64,000 nt of DNA from Treponema sp. (GCF_016293645.1 NZ_JAEDDW010000002.1); one strand, 5' to 3'. Positions 30,855 through 41,242 are shown, numbered from the stretch's first letter. A program made the numbers and translations. Notes: a model not told the origin generated them from the sequence alone.

Positions 30855-30887
30855 GGTGTTTCAGTTATTTGCAAACAGAGGTATAAA

Positions 30888-31355
30888 TTGGAATATACTC
30901 CATTATCAAGTATTCCCCATTTCAAGGAATGTTCTGCTGTGGTTGCGGCAGAAGGTCTGAAGCTTGTGGAACTCCAGATTGTTCCGCAGAAAACCCTGAC
31001 AAAAATTTCGGCTGTGATAGCTTCTGAGGATCCGTCAAAGGATGTTGGCGTCTCAGACTGTTCTAAGGCTCACCGTGCATTGGCACCAAAACTGATGGCG
31101 CTTCTGAACAAGACGGAAGATGACATCGCGATGGAAGTCTGTTCCCCTGGAATTGAACGCAACATAAGAAATGCTGCTGAGTTTGAGATTTTTCAGGGTC
31201 GTGAGGTTCGTGTATGGGACAAGAACATCAGCGATTGGTCAGCCGGAACCATAAAGAAATCGGATGACAGGTCTGTGACTCTTGTTTCAGAAGACGGAAC
31301 TGAAAACACTTTCAATTATCCGGACATAGCAAAAGCAAAATTTATCCATATTTAA
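30888..31355 (+). CDS. rimP: Ribosome maturation factor RimP
   Basis: V.DC...H and MEVCSPGIER motifs; TTG start after GAGG; upstream of nusA. Confidence 0.9.
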   Translation: MEYTPLSSIPHFKECSAVVAAEGLKLVELQIVPQKTLTKISAVIASEDPSKDVGVSDCSKAHRALAPKLMALLNKTEDDIAMEVCSPGIERNIRNAAEFEIFQGREVRVWDKNISDWSAGTIKKSDDRSVTLVSEDGTENTFNYPDIAKAKFIHI

Positions 31356-31391
31356 CTATAAAAAGAAGAATCAGATTAGGAGAAAATCAAA

Positions 31392-32873
31392 ATGGCTAAG
31401 AAAACAAAGAAAGAAACATCAGAACCGATTGGTGATATTATCCGTGCACTCGCTGCAGAGAAGGGAATCGACGAAACAGCTGTGAAGGCTACTGTTACAA
31501 AGATGATCACAGCCGCATATCAGAAATCATTCGGAAAGAATTACGACAACTGTATTGTAGATATTTCCGATGACCTTTCTCAGATCAATGTCTATGCGGA
31601 AAAAACAGTTGTTGACGGTGTTTATGATCCAGTCATTGAAATTGAACTTGAAGAAGCAAAACAGCTTGAACCAAGTGCTGAAGTAGATGATGTTCTTCAT
31701 ATTCCGCTTGATCCAAAGACAGATTTCCAGCGTGGTGCCGTATCTGTAGGTAAGCAGGAAGCCCACAAGGATCTCAGCGAGAATTCAAGCAAAAAACTTA
31801 TTGATGAATACAAGGACAAGATCGGTGAGACAATCATCGGTTATTTCCAGCGTTCTTATAAAGACAACATCTATGTTGATCTTGGTGGAAAGGTTGAAGG
31901 TGTCCTTCCAAAGAAATACCAGAGTCCAAGGGAAATTTACGAAAACAAGTCTGACAGAATCAAGGCACTCATCAAGGAAGTAAAGAAGGTTTCTTCAGGA
32001 GTTCAGGTAATCTTGAGCCGTACTGATGAGAATCTTGTACGCAATATTCTTGAAGGTGAAGTTACAGAAATCCAGGACGGAATCGTTGTGATCAACAGCA
32101 TTGCTCGTGAAGCAGGATACCGCACAAAGATCGCCGTTTCATCTACAAAGATGGATGTTGATCCGGTTGGTGCATGTGTCGGTCTCAAGGGTGTTCGCAT
32201 CCAGAATGTAATCCGCGAGCTGGAAGGTGAAAAGATTGATGTCCTCCGCTATGATGAAGATCCTCATGTATTCATCAAGAATGCCCTTTCTCCAGCTGAA
32301 GTCCTCCAGGTAATCATCAAGGATTCTGAAAAGCGTGAGGCACTTGCAATCGTTTCTGACGAGAACTTCTCGATTGCGATCGGTAAGCAGGGACAGAATG
32401 TTCGTCTTGCAAACAGACTCTGCAACTGGATTGTTGATGTCAAGACAGAATCTCAGGCTGCTGAACTTGACCTTACAGAAAACTATACTGCCAAGGCAGA
32501 TGCTGAAAGGCTTTTTGCTGATGCTGCGGAAGATGAAGAAATCACATCAATCACACAGCTTCCTGGCGTTGATGCTGCGGCTGCTGAAATCCTTAAGGCT
32601 GCAGGATTCGACGATATTGAAGCATTCATTACTGCTTATGAAGACGGTTCTTTGAGCAATGTTGAAGGCGTAACTCAGGAACAGCTTGATAAGATCAATT
32701 CCATCATCGGTGAATATGTAGAATTCGAAGATGAAGAAAGCGTTGAAACTGAGGCTGCTGAAGAAAGTGATTCGGAAGAAGAATACTTCTGTCCTGAATG
32801 TGGCGCAAAAATTACACCTGACATGACAAAGTGTCCAAATTGTGGTGTAGAGTTCTCATTTGAAGAAGAATAA
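31392..32873 (+). CDS. nusA: Transcription factor NusA with C-terminal zinc ribbon
   Basis: AREAGYRTKIAV, DPVGACVG, AIGKQGQNVRLA. Confidence 0.97.
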   Translation: MAKKTKKETSEPIGDIIRALAAEKGIDETAVKATVTKMITAAYQKSFGKNYDNCIVDISDDLSQINVYAEKTVVDGVYDPVIEIELEEAKQLEPSAEVDDVLHIPLDPKTDFQRGAVSVGKQEAHKDLSENSSKKLIDEYKDKIGETIIGYFQRSYKDNIYVDLGGKVEGVLPKKYQSPREIYENKSDRIKALIKEVKKVSSGVQVILSRTDENLVRNILEGEVTEIQDGIVVINSIAREAGYRTKIAVSSTKMDVDPVGACVGLKGVRIQNVIRELEGEKIDVLRYDEDPHVFIKNALSPAEVLQVIIKDSEKREALAIVSDENFSIAIGKQGQNVRLANRLCNWIVDVKTESQAAELDLTENYTAKADAERLFADAAEDEEITSITQLPGVDAAAAEILKAAGFDDIEAFITAYEDGSLSNVEGVTQEQLDKINSIIGEYVEFEDEESVETEAAEESDSEEEYFCPECGAKITPDMTKCPNCGVEFSFEEE

Positions 32874-32899
32874 GGTAGAGAAGAGGATAATAGTAGAGT

Positions 32900-35680
32900 A
32901 TGGCAGAAGAATCAGAGAAAAAGACAGGCGCTATATTGATAAAGCACGCAAAAACAAACAATGCTCAGCCGGCAGGTGAAACAGTTCAGAAAAAGAAGAT
33001 TGTCATCAAGAGAAAGACAACTCCTGCCTCTTCAGATCCTGCAAAGACTGAAAAGAAACGCATCGTTGTTTCAAAGAAAACTCACGCTGAGGCAGCTCCT
33101 AAAGTTGAAGAAACAAAGGCTGCATCTTCTCCTGTAGAAGCACCTGCGGAAAAACCGGTTCAGAATAACGTGTCTGAAGCTGCAACAGCTCCAGCAGCTG
33201 CTCCAAAGCCACAGGTTCAGACACTTGAATTCCCAAGCACAAGACCTAACGTAAAGGCCGGAAACTTAAGCGGCGGCAATCGCGGTGGATATAACCGTAA
33301 TGGTGGCCAGGGCGGTTACAACAATGGTCAGGGCGGATACAACCGTGGTGGTCAGGGTGGCTTTACTGGTGCACAGGCCCGCGAAGGATATCAGAACAGA
33401 GAACGCCAGGGTGGCTATAATAATGGCGGATACAACCGTGGCGGCCAGGGTGGTTACAACAACAGTCAGGGCGGCTATAACCGTGGCGGCCAGGGTGGAT
33501 TCAACCGTAACGGTGGCCAGGGTAACTACGGCAATCGTGGCGGTTACAACAATGGTGGTCAGGGTGGATTCAACCGCGGACCAAACGGTCAGAGTGGCGG
33601 ATTCAACCGCGGGCAAAATGGTCAGGGTGGTGGATTCAATCGTGGCCCTGGTTTTGGCGGATCACGTCCAGGATTTGGTGGAGGTCGCCCTGGTTTTGGC
33701 GCACCTTCGGCAGTTCCGGCTCCAGACAGAACACCTGGAAAAAAGCAGTTTAAGGGAAAAAAACAGGTATACAACCGCAAGGACAAGGAAGAACTCTTTG
33801 ACGAAGATGAACTTTATGGAAACAAGAAACATGAAGTTACACCAGCAAGCGTAGTTCCAGAGACAATTGATATCATGGAAACAATTTCCGTTTCCGATCT
33901 TGCAAAGAAGATGAATCTCAAAGCAAGTGAAATCATCGGTAAGCTTATGGGAATGGGTATGATGGTAACAATCAACCAGTCCATCGACTCGGATACAGCT
34001 ACACTTCTTGCAGACGAATACAACTGTAAGGTTCACCTTGTAAGTCTTTATGATGAAACTGTCATCGCAAGTGACGAAGGTTCTTCTGATGGTGAAAGAC
34101 CTCGTCCACCTGTTGTTACAGTCATGGGACATGTTGACCACGGTAAGACAAAGACTTTGGATGCTATCCGTGATGAAAATGTTGCGGCAGGCGAAGCCGG
34201 TGGAATTACTCAGAAGATCGGTGCTTACCAGGTACGCACAAAAGACGGACAGGACATCACATTCCTTGATACTCCAGGTCACGAAGCATTCACAATGATG
34301 CGTGCCCGTGGTGCACAGATTACAGATATTGTAGTTCTTGTTGTTGCTGCAGATGACGGCGTAATGCCACAGACAATGGAAGCCATCAACCATGCAAAGG
34401 ATGCAAAGGTTCCTATCATCGTTGCTGTCAACAAGTGTGATAAGCCTGATGCAAATCCAGAAAATGTCATGACACAGCTTTCAAACCTCGGTCTTACTCC
34501 GGAAGCATGGGGTGGAGACACCCAGTTTGTCAACATTTCCGCTCTCAAGCGCCAGGGTATCGATGACCTTCTTGACGCGATCCTCATCCAGGCAGAAATG
34601 CTTGAACTCAAGGCTCACTATGACTGCCGTGCAGAAGGTAAGGTTATTGAATCCCGCACAGACCAGGGGCGTGGTGTTGTCGCATCAGTTGTTGTTGAGC
34701 GCGGTACACTCCACATCGGAGATCCTATCGTTGCCGGTATCTATTCAGGACGTGTTCGCGCCCTCTTCAATGACCGCGGACAGAAAATCAAGGAAGCAAC
34801 TCCTTCAATGCCAGTTGAAGTTCTTGGTCTTGAAAGCATGCCAAATGCTGGTGATCCAATTCAGGTTACAGAAAACGAAAAGGATGCCCGCGCATTCGCC
34901 GCAAAGCGTCAGGAACTCAAGAGATTCGAAGCTGCCAAGGCTGTCAAGAAGATCACTCTCGACAACATGTTCGATGAGCTTGATTCACGTGAAGTCAAGG
35001 AACTCAAGATCATCATCAAGGCAGACCTTCAGGGTTCAGCAGAAGCACTCAAGACTTCTTTGGAAAAACTTTCTACAAAGGAAATCCGTGTAAACGTCAT
35101 CCACTCAAGTGCCGGTGCAATCAACGAAAGCGATGTTACACTTGCTGCAGCTGACCAGAACGCAATCATCATCGGATTCAACGTTCGCCCGACACCAAAG
35201 GCAAAGGATCTTGCAGACCAGGAGAAGGTAGAAATCAGAAAGTACAATATCATCTACAAGTGTGTTGAAGAAATTCAGCAGGCTATGGAAGGTATGCTTT
35301 CTCCAGATACAAAGGAAGAAACAACAGGTACAGCAGAAGTACGCAACACATTCAAGGTACCAAAGGTTGGCGTTATCGCAGGTTGTTATGTTACAGAAGG
35401 TTTCATCAAGAGAACATGCAGCGTAAACCTTATCCGCGACGGTGTTGTTATCTTTACAGGAAAGATTTCTTCCCTCAAGCGTTTCAAGGATGATGCAAAG
35501 GAAGTCAAGGATGGATTCGAATGTGGTATCGGTCTTGAAAACTGGCATGACATTCAGGTCGGCGACCAGATCGAAGCATTTGAGATCATTGAAGTCAAGC
35601 GCACTCTCGGTAAGACTCTTGTGGAAGAACAGGAAGAGGCAGCCAAGAAGGCAGCTTCTTCTGAAGATGCAGCAGAATAA
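32900..35680 (+). CDS. infB: Translation initiation factor IF-2
   Basis: [29 protein letters not shown]. Confidence 0.98.
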   Translation: MAEESEKKTGAILIKHAKTNNAQPAGETVQKKKIVIKRKTTPASSDPAKTEKKRIVVSKKTHAEAAPKVEETKAASSPVEAPAEKPVQNNVSEAATAPAAAPKPQVQTLEFPSTRPNVKAGNLSGGNRGGYNRNGGQGGYNNGQGGYNRGGQGGFTGAQAREGYQNRERQGGYNNGGYNRGGQGGYNNSQGGYNRGGQGGFNRNGGQGNYGNRGGYNNGGQGGFNRGPNGQSGGFNRGQNGQGGGFNRGPGFGGSRPGFGGGRPGFGAPSAVPAPDRTPGKKQFKGKKQVYNRKDKEELFDEDELYGNKKHEVTPASVVPETIDIMETISVSDLAKKMNLKASEIIGKLMGMGMMVTINQSIDSDTATLLADEYNCKVHLVSLYDETVIASDEGSSDGERPRPPVVTVMGHVDHGKTKTLDAIRDENVAAGEAGGITQKIGAYQVRTKDGQDITFLDTPGHEAFTMMRARGAQITDIVVLVVAADDGVMPQTMEAINHAKDAKVPIIVAVNKCDKPDANPENVMTQLSNLGLTPEAWGGDTQFVNISALKRQGIDDLLDAILIQAEMLELKAHYDCRAEGKVIESRTDQGRGVVASVVVERGTLHIGDPIVAGIYSGRVRALFNDRGQKIKEATPSMPVEVLGLESMPNAGDPIQVTENEKDARAFAAKRQELKRFEAAKAVKKITLDNMFDELDSREVKELKIIIKADLQGSAEALKTSLEKLSTKEIRVNVIHSSAGAINESDVTLAAADQNAIIIGFNVRPTPKAKDLADQEKVEIRKYNIIYKCVEEIQQAMEGMLSPDTKEETTGTAEVRNTFKVPKVGVIAGCYVTEGFIKRTCSVNLIRDGVVIFTGKISSLKRFKDDAKEVKDGFECGIGLENWHDIQVGDQIEAFEIIEVKRTLGKTLVEEQEEAAKKAASSEDAAE
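33272..33700 (+). repeat. Coding low-complexity repeats (GGQGG[YF]N[RN]) within infB
   Basis: Repeated [13 protein letters not shown] and RPGFGG units. Confidence 0.85.
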
Positions 35681-35688
35681 GGTAATAA

Positions 35689-36072
35689 ATGGGACAGTTC
35701 AGATTACAGAGATTAGGTGAACAGTTAAGGGAAGAAATAGCCACTATGATCCTTAGACATGAGATCAAGGATCCTCGTGTGAATGAGTTTCTTTCCGTAA
35801 ATAGGGTTGAAGTTGCGGCAGACCTTGCATATGCAAAAGTCTACGTTTCTTCATTCATGGATGACCAGTCAGTTGTTCGTGGTGTTGAAGGCCTCAAAAG
35901 TGCTGCCGGATTCATCCAGTGCAGGATTGCAAAAAAACTGACTATCTATAAGTTCCCGAAACTTACTTTTGTGGCGGACTTCAGCATGAAGGAAGGCTAC
36001 AAGATGGTTCAGAAACTCAACGCTCTTGAAGCTGAATCAAGAGAAAGGGAACAGAATTCACAAAAGGGATGA
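35689..36072 (+). CDS. rbfA: Ribosome-binding factor A
   Basis: IKDPR, DL.YAKVYVS, P.LTF..D. Confidence 0.95.
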   Translation: MGQFRLQRLGEQLREEIATMILRHEIKDPRVNEFLSVNRVEVAADLAYAKVYVSSFMDDQSVVRGVEGLKSAAGFIQCRIAKKLTIYKFPKLTFVADFSMKEGYKMVQKLNALEAESREREQNSQKG

Positions 36073-36110
36073 AAGTTCAGACAATCGGGATGATGCTGAA
36101 TAATATTCTG

Positions 36111-36148
36111 TAATAAAAGGGACTTCCAGGACGAAGTCCCTTTTATTA
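36111..36148. terminator. Intrinsic (bidirectional-type) terminator
   Basis: TAATAAAAGGGACTTC-loop-GAAGTCCCTTTTATTA perfect stem. Confidence 0.85.
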
Positions 36149-36194
36149 TTTATGCAAAATCATATAATTCAGTCTACTGGGGTTTAATAATTTT

Positions 36195-37541
36195 ATGGAG
36201 AACAAAAAAAATCCGGGCACAATTTCCATGTTTGCCCTTACTTTTCCTTTGGCTCTGGAACAGTTTTTCAGAATTCTTGTTTCATCAATTGATACGGTCA
36301 TGCTTTCCAGTTTTGATACTGCAGCCGTAGCAGCTGTTGGAATGACCAGTCAGTATGTTTTTTTCATAACGATTCTTCTCAACATGGTCTGCGTTGGGAC
36401 GATGATTGTCTTGAGTCAGTATATTGGAGCAAAAAAATCCGGAGAGGAACTCAACAATATTGCAAAGGCAAGCATAATTCTTGTCGTTTCTTTCGCGCTC
36501 ATCATTTCCATTGCAGTTCTTCTGGGAACAAAGAAATTGCTTTCCTGCTATACCCTTGAGGACAGTGTCAGAAACTATGCCACTGAATACTTCATCATTT
36601 TCTGCGGTTTTGGTTCCGTCTTCATGGGATTCAATCTCATGCAGGGTGCTGTTGTCCGTGCTTATGGGTATACAAAACAGATTCTTTTATCAACACTATT
36701 TGCAAATCTTTTGAATGTTCTTGGAAATGCACTTTCTCTCTACGGCTGGTTTGGGCTTCCTGTTTTTGGTTTGACTGGAGTTGCCGTTTCTTCCGTCTGT
36801 GCGAATGTTTTTTCGTGTGTTTATCTTTCCCTTGTCATCAGGCGGAAAAAAGAAATCCATTTCAATCTTTCAAATCTTTTTTCTGTTCCAGGACAATATT
36901 TCCGAAAGATCCTTAAAATTGGAGTTCCTACAGCAGGAGAAAACCTGTCGTACAATGTTGCTCAGATCACGATCATGGCGATGATCACAACGCTTGGTAC
37001 AGCAGCCATGAGTGCCCAGGTTTATACCCAGACCATCTGCCGTTTTGTTTTTGTAGTTGCCGTCGGTATCGGTAGTGCTACCCAGATCAAGACCGGGTTC
37101 TTTGTCGGTGCCCGCAATGCTGATGTTGCCTATAGAAATCTGTGGATCTATCAGTTGTGCGGAACTCTTACAAGCATGGTTCTCATCCTCCTCATCAATT
37201 TGGGAAAGGGAATCATCATTCCTTTATTTACAAAGGATCCTGTCATTGTCGGATATGTTTCATCGCTTTTGCTTTATTCCTGCTACATCGAATTCGGACG
37301 TTCCTTAAACCTCATTTCCATAGGCGGACTCAAAGGAGCAGGTGATGTTGTTTTCCCTGTAGGTTATGGAATCTTTTCGATGTGGTGCATCATGGTTCTT
37401 TTCAGCTATATCCTTGGAATTAAAATGGGACTTGGATTGATAGGTTTCTGGCTTGCCATCGGAACCGACGAGACGACCCGTGGAATCGTGATGCTGCTGC
37501 GTTGGAAATCAAAACGCTGGCAGACAAAGGCTCTTGTTTGA
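36195..37541 (+). CDS. MATE family efflux transporter
   Basis: About 12 TMs; DT.ML...AVAAVG, G.PVFGLTGVA, W.AI..DE..RG, RWKS.RW. Confidence 0.92.
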   Translation: MENKKNPGTISMFALTFPLALEQFFRILVSSIDTVMLSSFDTAAVAAVGMTSQYVFFITILLNMVCVGTMIVLSQYIGAKKSGEELNNIAKASIILVVSFALIISIAVLLGTKKLLSCYTLEDSVRNYATEYFIIFCGFGSVFMGFNLMQGAVVRAYGYTKQILLSTLFANLLNVLGNALSLYGWFGLPVFGLTGVAVSSVCANVFSCVYLSLVIRRKKEIHFNLSNLFSVPGQYFRKILKIGVPTAGENLSYNVAQITIMAMITTLGTAAMSAQVYTQTICRFVFVVAVGIGSATQIKTGFFVGARNADVAYRNLWIYQLCGTLTSMVLILLINLGKGIIIPLFTKDPVIVGYVSSLLLYSCYIEFGRSLNLISIGGLKGAGDVVFPVGYGIFSMWCIMVLFSYILGIKMGLGLIGFWLAIGTDETTRGIVMLLRWKSKRWQTKALV

Positions 37542-37562
37542 GTCAACTCATAGAATCATCAA

Positions 37563-37591
37563 TTGACAATCTTCTTGTGATTTACTAATAT
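37563..37591 (+). promoter_or_regulatory. Promoter of yhhQ-queF
   Basis: TTGACA 37563-68, 17 bp, TAATAT 37586-91. Confidence 0.65.
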
Positions 37592-37599
37592 GCCTCCCA

Positions 37600-37642
37600 A
37601 GACAGTTCGTGACCATCCTGTCTATAAACAAAACTAGGGAGG
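37600..37642 (+). ncRNA. preQ1 class I riboswitch (type I-like)
   Basis: GACAG-TTCGTGACCATC-CTGTC stem-loop, A-rich tail TATAAACAAAACTAG, then the SD; upstream of a Q-precursor transporter and queF. Confidence 0.88.
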
Positions 37643-37649
37643 CATTCAT

Positions 37650-38333
37650 ATGAATGCATTTGAATTTTTTATTTCCGTTCTTTTTTTTCTTTCGGCAACA
37701 GTTGCAGCCTACAGGTTCTTTGGTAAAAGCGGACTGTTTGTATTCGTGGCATTCTCCACAATTCTTGCCAACATCCAAGTATGCAAAGGAATCAATCTTT
37801 TTGGATTTGAGACGACTGTCGGCAACGTTCTTTATGCATCGTCGTTTTTGTGTACTGACATCCTTTCGGAAAAGTACGGCAAGAAGACGGCCCAGAAGGC
37901 GGTAAAGATCGGGATCTTCACCAACATCTTATGGATCATCGGAACTCAACTTACGCTCATTTCAGTTCCGTCGGAACATGATACAATGCAGCCGCATCTT
38001 GAGGCTATTTTTGGACTCATGCCAAGAGTTGCCGGAGCAAGCCTTATCGCCTACATTGTCAGCCAAAGCATCGATGTTCTTTTGTATCATCTGATCTGGG
38101 AAAAAAGCGGACAGACTTCAAAATTCCTTTGGCTCAGAAACAACGGATCAACCATGGTGTCCCAGTTTTTTGATACTTCGATTTTTGTCACCATTGCTTT
38201 TGTCGGTACAGTTCCGTCTGAAATTTTCTGGTCGATTCTGTGGACGACATATTTCTTCAAGGTTGTCGTTGCCTTGTTTGATACGCCTTTCGCTTATCTT
38301 GCAAGAAAACTCCGCGCCCCTGATGGAGAATGA
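37650..38333 (+). CDS. yhhQ: Queuosine precursor transporter (YhhQ/VUT family)
   Basis: [49 protein letters not shown]. Confidence 0.93.
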   Translation: MNAFEFFISVLFFLSATVAAYRFFGKSGLFVFVAFSTILANIQVCKGINLFGFETTVGNVLYASSFLCTDILSEKYGKKTAQKAVKIGIFTNILWIIGTQLTLISVPSEHDTMQPHLEAIFGLMPRVAGASLIAYIVSQSIDVLLYHLIWEKSGQTSKFLWLRNNGSTMVSQFFDTSIFVTIAFVGTVPSEIFWSILWTTYFFKVVVALFDTPFAYLARKLRAPDGE

Positions 38334-38851
38334 CAATGATGATTGAGACTGGATCAAACAAGGATATGAAGAACAGGGCAGATGAAAATCTCAAACTGCT
38401 TGGAAAGAAAACTGAATACAAAAGCGACTATGCGCCTGAGGTTCTTGAGACTTTTGTGAACCGGCACATGGAAAACGATTACTTCGTGAAATTCAATTGC
38501 CCGGAATTTACATCCTTGTGTCCTATCACAGGTCAGCCGGATTTTGCGACGATCTACATCTCCTACATTCCAGACGAGCTTATGGTTGAATCAAAATCCC
38601 TCAAGCTCTATCTGTTCAGTTTCAGAAATCATGGAGATTTTCATGAAGACTGCGTAAACAAAATCATGAAAGATCTGGTCAGTCTCATGAATCCCCGTTA
38701 CATCGAGGTCTGGGGGAAATTCACTCCTCGCGGTGGAATCAGCATTGATCCGTACTGCAACTGGGGTAAACCTGGCACGAAGTATGAAAAGATGGCTGAA
38801 CAGCGTCTTCTCTGGCATGACATGAGTCCTGAGAAGATAGACAACCGCTGA
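38330..38851 (+). CDS. queF: preQ0 reductase QueF (unimodular)
   Basis: [37 protein letters not shown]. Confidence 0.96.
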   Translation: MTMMIETGSNKDMKNRADENLKLLGKKTEYKSDYAPEVLETFVNRHMENDYFVKFNCPEFTSLCPITGQPDFATIYISYIPDELMVESKSLKLYLFSFRNHGDFHEDCVNKIMKDLVSLMNPRYIEVWGKFTPRGGISIDPYCNWGKPGTKYEKMAEQRLLWHDMSPEKIDNR

Positions 38852-38887
38852 ACCTGTCCATTCTTTCTGATATGAAATCTCTGAAAA

Positions 38888-38916
38888 TTGCAATTTTTAT
38901 TGATTCCATATAAACT
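38888..38916 (+). promoter_or_regulatory. Promoter of truB fusion gene (apparently leaderless)
   Basis: TTGCAA 38888-93, 17 bp, TAAACT 38911-16, ATG 6 nt downstream. Confidence 0.6.
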
Positions 38917-38922
38917 GAAGCT

Positions 38923-40806
38923 ATGAAATCAAAATCCGCTCCTTCCGGAATCATGCTTTATGCAAAATCTTCCGGGCTTACAAGTTTTTCCTCCCTTTGG
39001 AGTATCAAGCATGCCCTTTGCACGGAGAAGGTTGGTCACACCGGAACTCTGGACTCCTTTGCCGATGGATTGCTTGTAGTGCTGAGCGGAAATCTTACCC
39101 ATCTTGTTCCACATGTAACTGGATTTACCAAGACCTATGAAGCGATTGTCTGTTTCGGAAAGGAAACGGATACCCTTGATCCTACAGGCGAATATGTCTG
39201 CAGTATGGAACCAGCCTTGAAAAAAGAAATTGAGGATGTTCTTCCGGAATTCACCGGAGCGATTTTGCAGACTCCACCGGCATTTTCAGCCCTTCATGTT
39301 GATGGCAGACGAGCAAGCGATCTTGTGCGGGAAGGCAAGGAAGTCAAACTTGAAAGCCGCCAGATATTCATATACAGACTTGAGCTTCTTGATTTCCTCG
39401 ACAACCGCAGTGCCGATGGATGTACATACGCAAAGCTTTCCGTTACATGCTCCAAGGGAACCTACATCCGTGCACTTGCCCGTGACATAGCGAAAGCTGC
39501 CGGAAGCTGTGCGCATCTTTGTGCCCTTAGACGTACCCAGGTTGGACCTTTCCATCTTGAGGATGCTGCCTGCTACGGAACTCTTGGGGAATTTACGATT
39601 GCTGCCGGAATTGAAAGCGAAAAAAAAATCCGCGAGGAAAATGAAAAGTCCCTCATGGAGAAAGCTTCCGAAAAGATATTTGACAGAAAAAAAACAAAGA
39701 AAAACCGGGAAAAGGATAGTGATGAGAAAACTGCTGAAATCAAAAGCCGTTTTTTGACTTTTACTCCTGAACTTGCATCCCTTTGTGGATTTGACTGTGA
39801 CACGCTTAGAACTGAATTTGAAAAATCTTATATCAGTGGACGTCCTCTTGCTGTCCGCATGTTTGAAAGAATGGAAGACCTCCATGCCTCAAGAGATTTC
39901 TATGTGGAGGACGAGATAGCAGTCTATTATTCCGACGGAACTTTTGCCGGCATAATGAAAAAAAATGATGGCCGCCTTCATTATGGATTTGTCGTTCCTC
40001 ACGAGAAAAAGAAACTCCGTGTCTTCAGCTGGCAGGAAATCATGGTCGGTGCTTTTCCCCTTCAGTGGAGAAAGAAGGGCAGTGCCATGTCTGTTGGAAG
40101 TTTTGAGGCTGTACATTGCGGTCATGTGCAGATCCTTGATTCCGTTATCGGTAAAAAGGAGCTGGTGTCTGGGGTAGTCACATTTTCTTCTTCCATTAGA
40201 CGCGATGATCCTAAAGATATTTTCACCCTCAATCAGCGTCTTGATTTTTTTTGCAGTCTTGGTCTTGATTTTGCCATTGTCATTGATTTCGATGATGGTT
40301 TCTCAAAACTCGGTGGTGAAGAATTTCTCCGTATCCTCGTTGAAAAATGTTCGTTGAAATTTCTTTCCGAAGGCAGCGATTTCAAATGCGGTTACAGGGG
40401 AAGCTTTGGAATGAAGGAGATTTCCCTTGCCGCATCTTCGCTTGGTTTTGAACTGGATGAGGAAAACTATGTGGAGTTTGACGGACATAAGATCAGTTCA
40501 AGCAGGATAAAGAAAGAAATTGAGAATGGAAATTTTTCGGATATGATGGAATTCCTTGGGCGGCCTTTTGAGTTCAGCCTTGATCGATTCAAATGGTATG
40601 AGAAGGAACATGGTGATGAAATGTCCTGCTATGAGGCTGAAAACATAAGCAACCAGGTTCTCCCAAAAGATGGTGAATACAGTGTTGCCGTAAATCTTAA
40701 AGACGGCATAACGCTGCATACGGAATTGAAGATCCACGGAAAGTCCATTTCATTGCTTTTGCCAACCCAGAGGTACGCAGACAATGCGGTTTCTCTTTCC
40801 TTTTAG
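38923..40806 (+). CDS. truB: tRNA pseudouridine-55 synthase TruB fused to an FAD-synthetase-like domain
   Basis: KVGHTGTLD, PP.FSA, CSKGTYIRALARD, LRRT; C-terminal GSFEAVHCGH, G.DF.CG and KISSSRIK (RibF adenylyltransferase motifs). Confidence 0.88.
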   Translation: MKSKSAPSGIMLYAKSSGLTSFSSLWSIKHALCTEKVGHTGTLDSFADGLLVVLSGNLTHLVPHVTGFTKTYEAIVCFGKETDTLDPTGEYVCSMEPALKKEIEDVLPEFTGAILQTPPAFSALHVDGRRASDLVREGKEVKLESRQIFIYRLELLDFLDNRSADGCTYAKLSVTCSKGTYIRALARDIAKAAGSCAHLCALRRTQVGPFHLEDAACYGTLGEFTIAAGIESEKKIREENEKSLMEKASEKIFDRKKTKKNREKDSDEKTAEIKSRFLTFTPELASLCGFDCDTLRTEFEKSYISGRPLAVRMFERMEDLHASRDFYVEDEIAVYYSDGTFAGIMKKNDGRLHYGFVVPHEKKKLRVFSWQEIMVGAFPLQWRKKGSAMSVGSFEAVHCGHVQILDSVIGKKELVSGVVTFSSSIRRDDPKDIFTLNQRLDFFCSLGLDFAIVIDFDDGFSKLGGEEFLRILVEKCSLKFLSEGSDFKCGYRGSFGMKEISLAASSLGFELDEENYVEFDGHKISSSRIKKEIENGNFSDMMEFLGRPFEFSLDRFKWYEKEHGDEMSCYEAENISNQVLPKDGEYSVAVNLKDGITLHTELKIHGKSISLLLPTQRYADNAVSLSF

Positions 40807-40972
40807 CTGCATATGTCATGCTGCACTAGACAAAAGATAATATATCAGTAAAATTAAAGAGCTTCTTTGAAGCATGAACTTTTGCTGTCATGATTCCGCC
40901 TGGAGTACAAAGAGCCACTTTTATCCCAGGTCTTATCTTAGGCAAAAGAAAAATAATTACAGGAGTAAGTAT

Positions 40973-41242
40973 ATGGCACTTACAAAAGAAACAACATCTT
41001 CAATCGTTGGAAAGTTCGGCAAGTCGGCAGCTGACACTGGTAACACAAATGTTCAGATCGCTCTTCTTACAGAACGCATCAAGCAGCTTACAGCACACTG
41101 CAAGGCATTCCCAAAGGATACAACAGCATCCCGCGGACTTCTCAAGGCTGTAGGTGCTCGCAGAAGACTTCTTAAGTACCTTCAGAACACAAATCTTGAA
41201 GGATACCGCGCTCTCATCAAGGAACTCGGAATTCGTAAGTAA
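40973..41242 (+). CDS. rpsO: 30S ribosomal protein S15
   Basis: DTG...VQIALLTERI, RGLLK.VG.RRRLLKYL; AGGAG RBS; start at ATG 40973. Confidence 0.97.
   Translation: MALTKETTSSIVGKFGKSAADTGNTNVQIALLTERIKQLTAHCKAFPKDTTASRGLLKAVGARRRLLKYLQNTNLEGYRALIKELGIRK

Noticed and set aside
40874..40972. 33-aa N-terminal extension of S15
   Set aside because: Canonical S15 begins at MAL (40973) with an AGGAG SD; the upstream region is leader RNA
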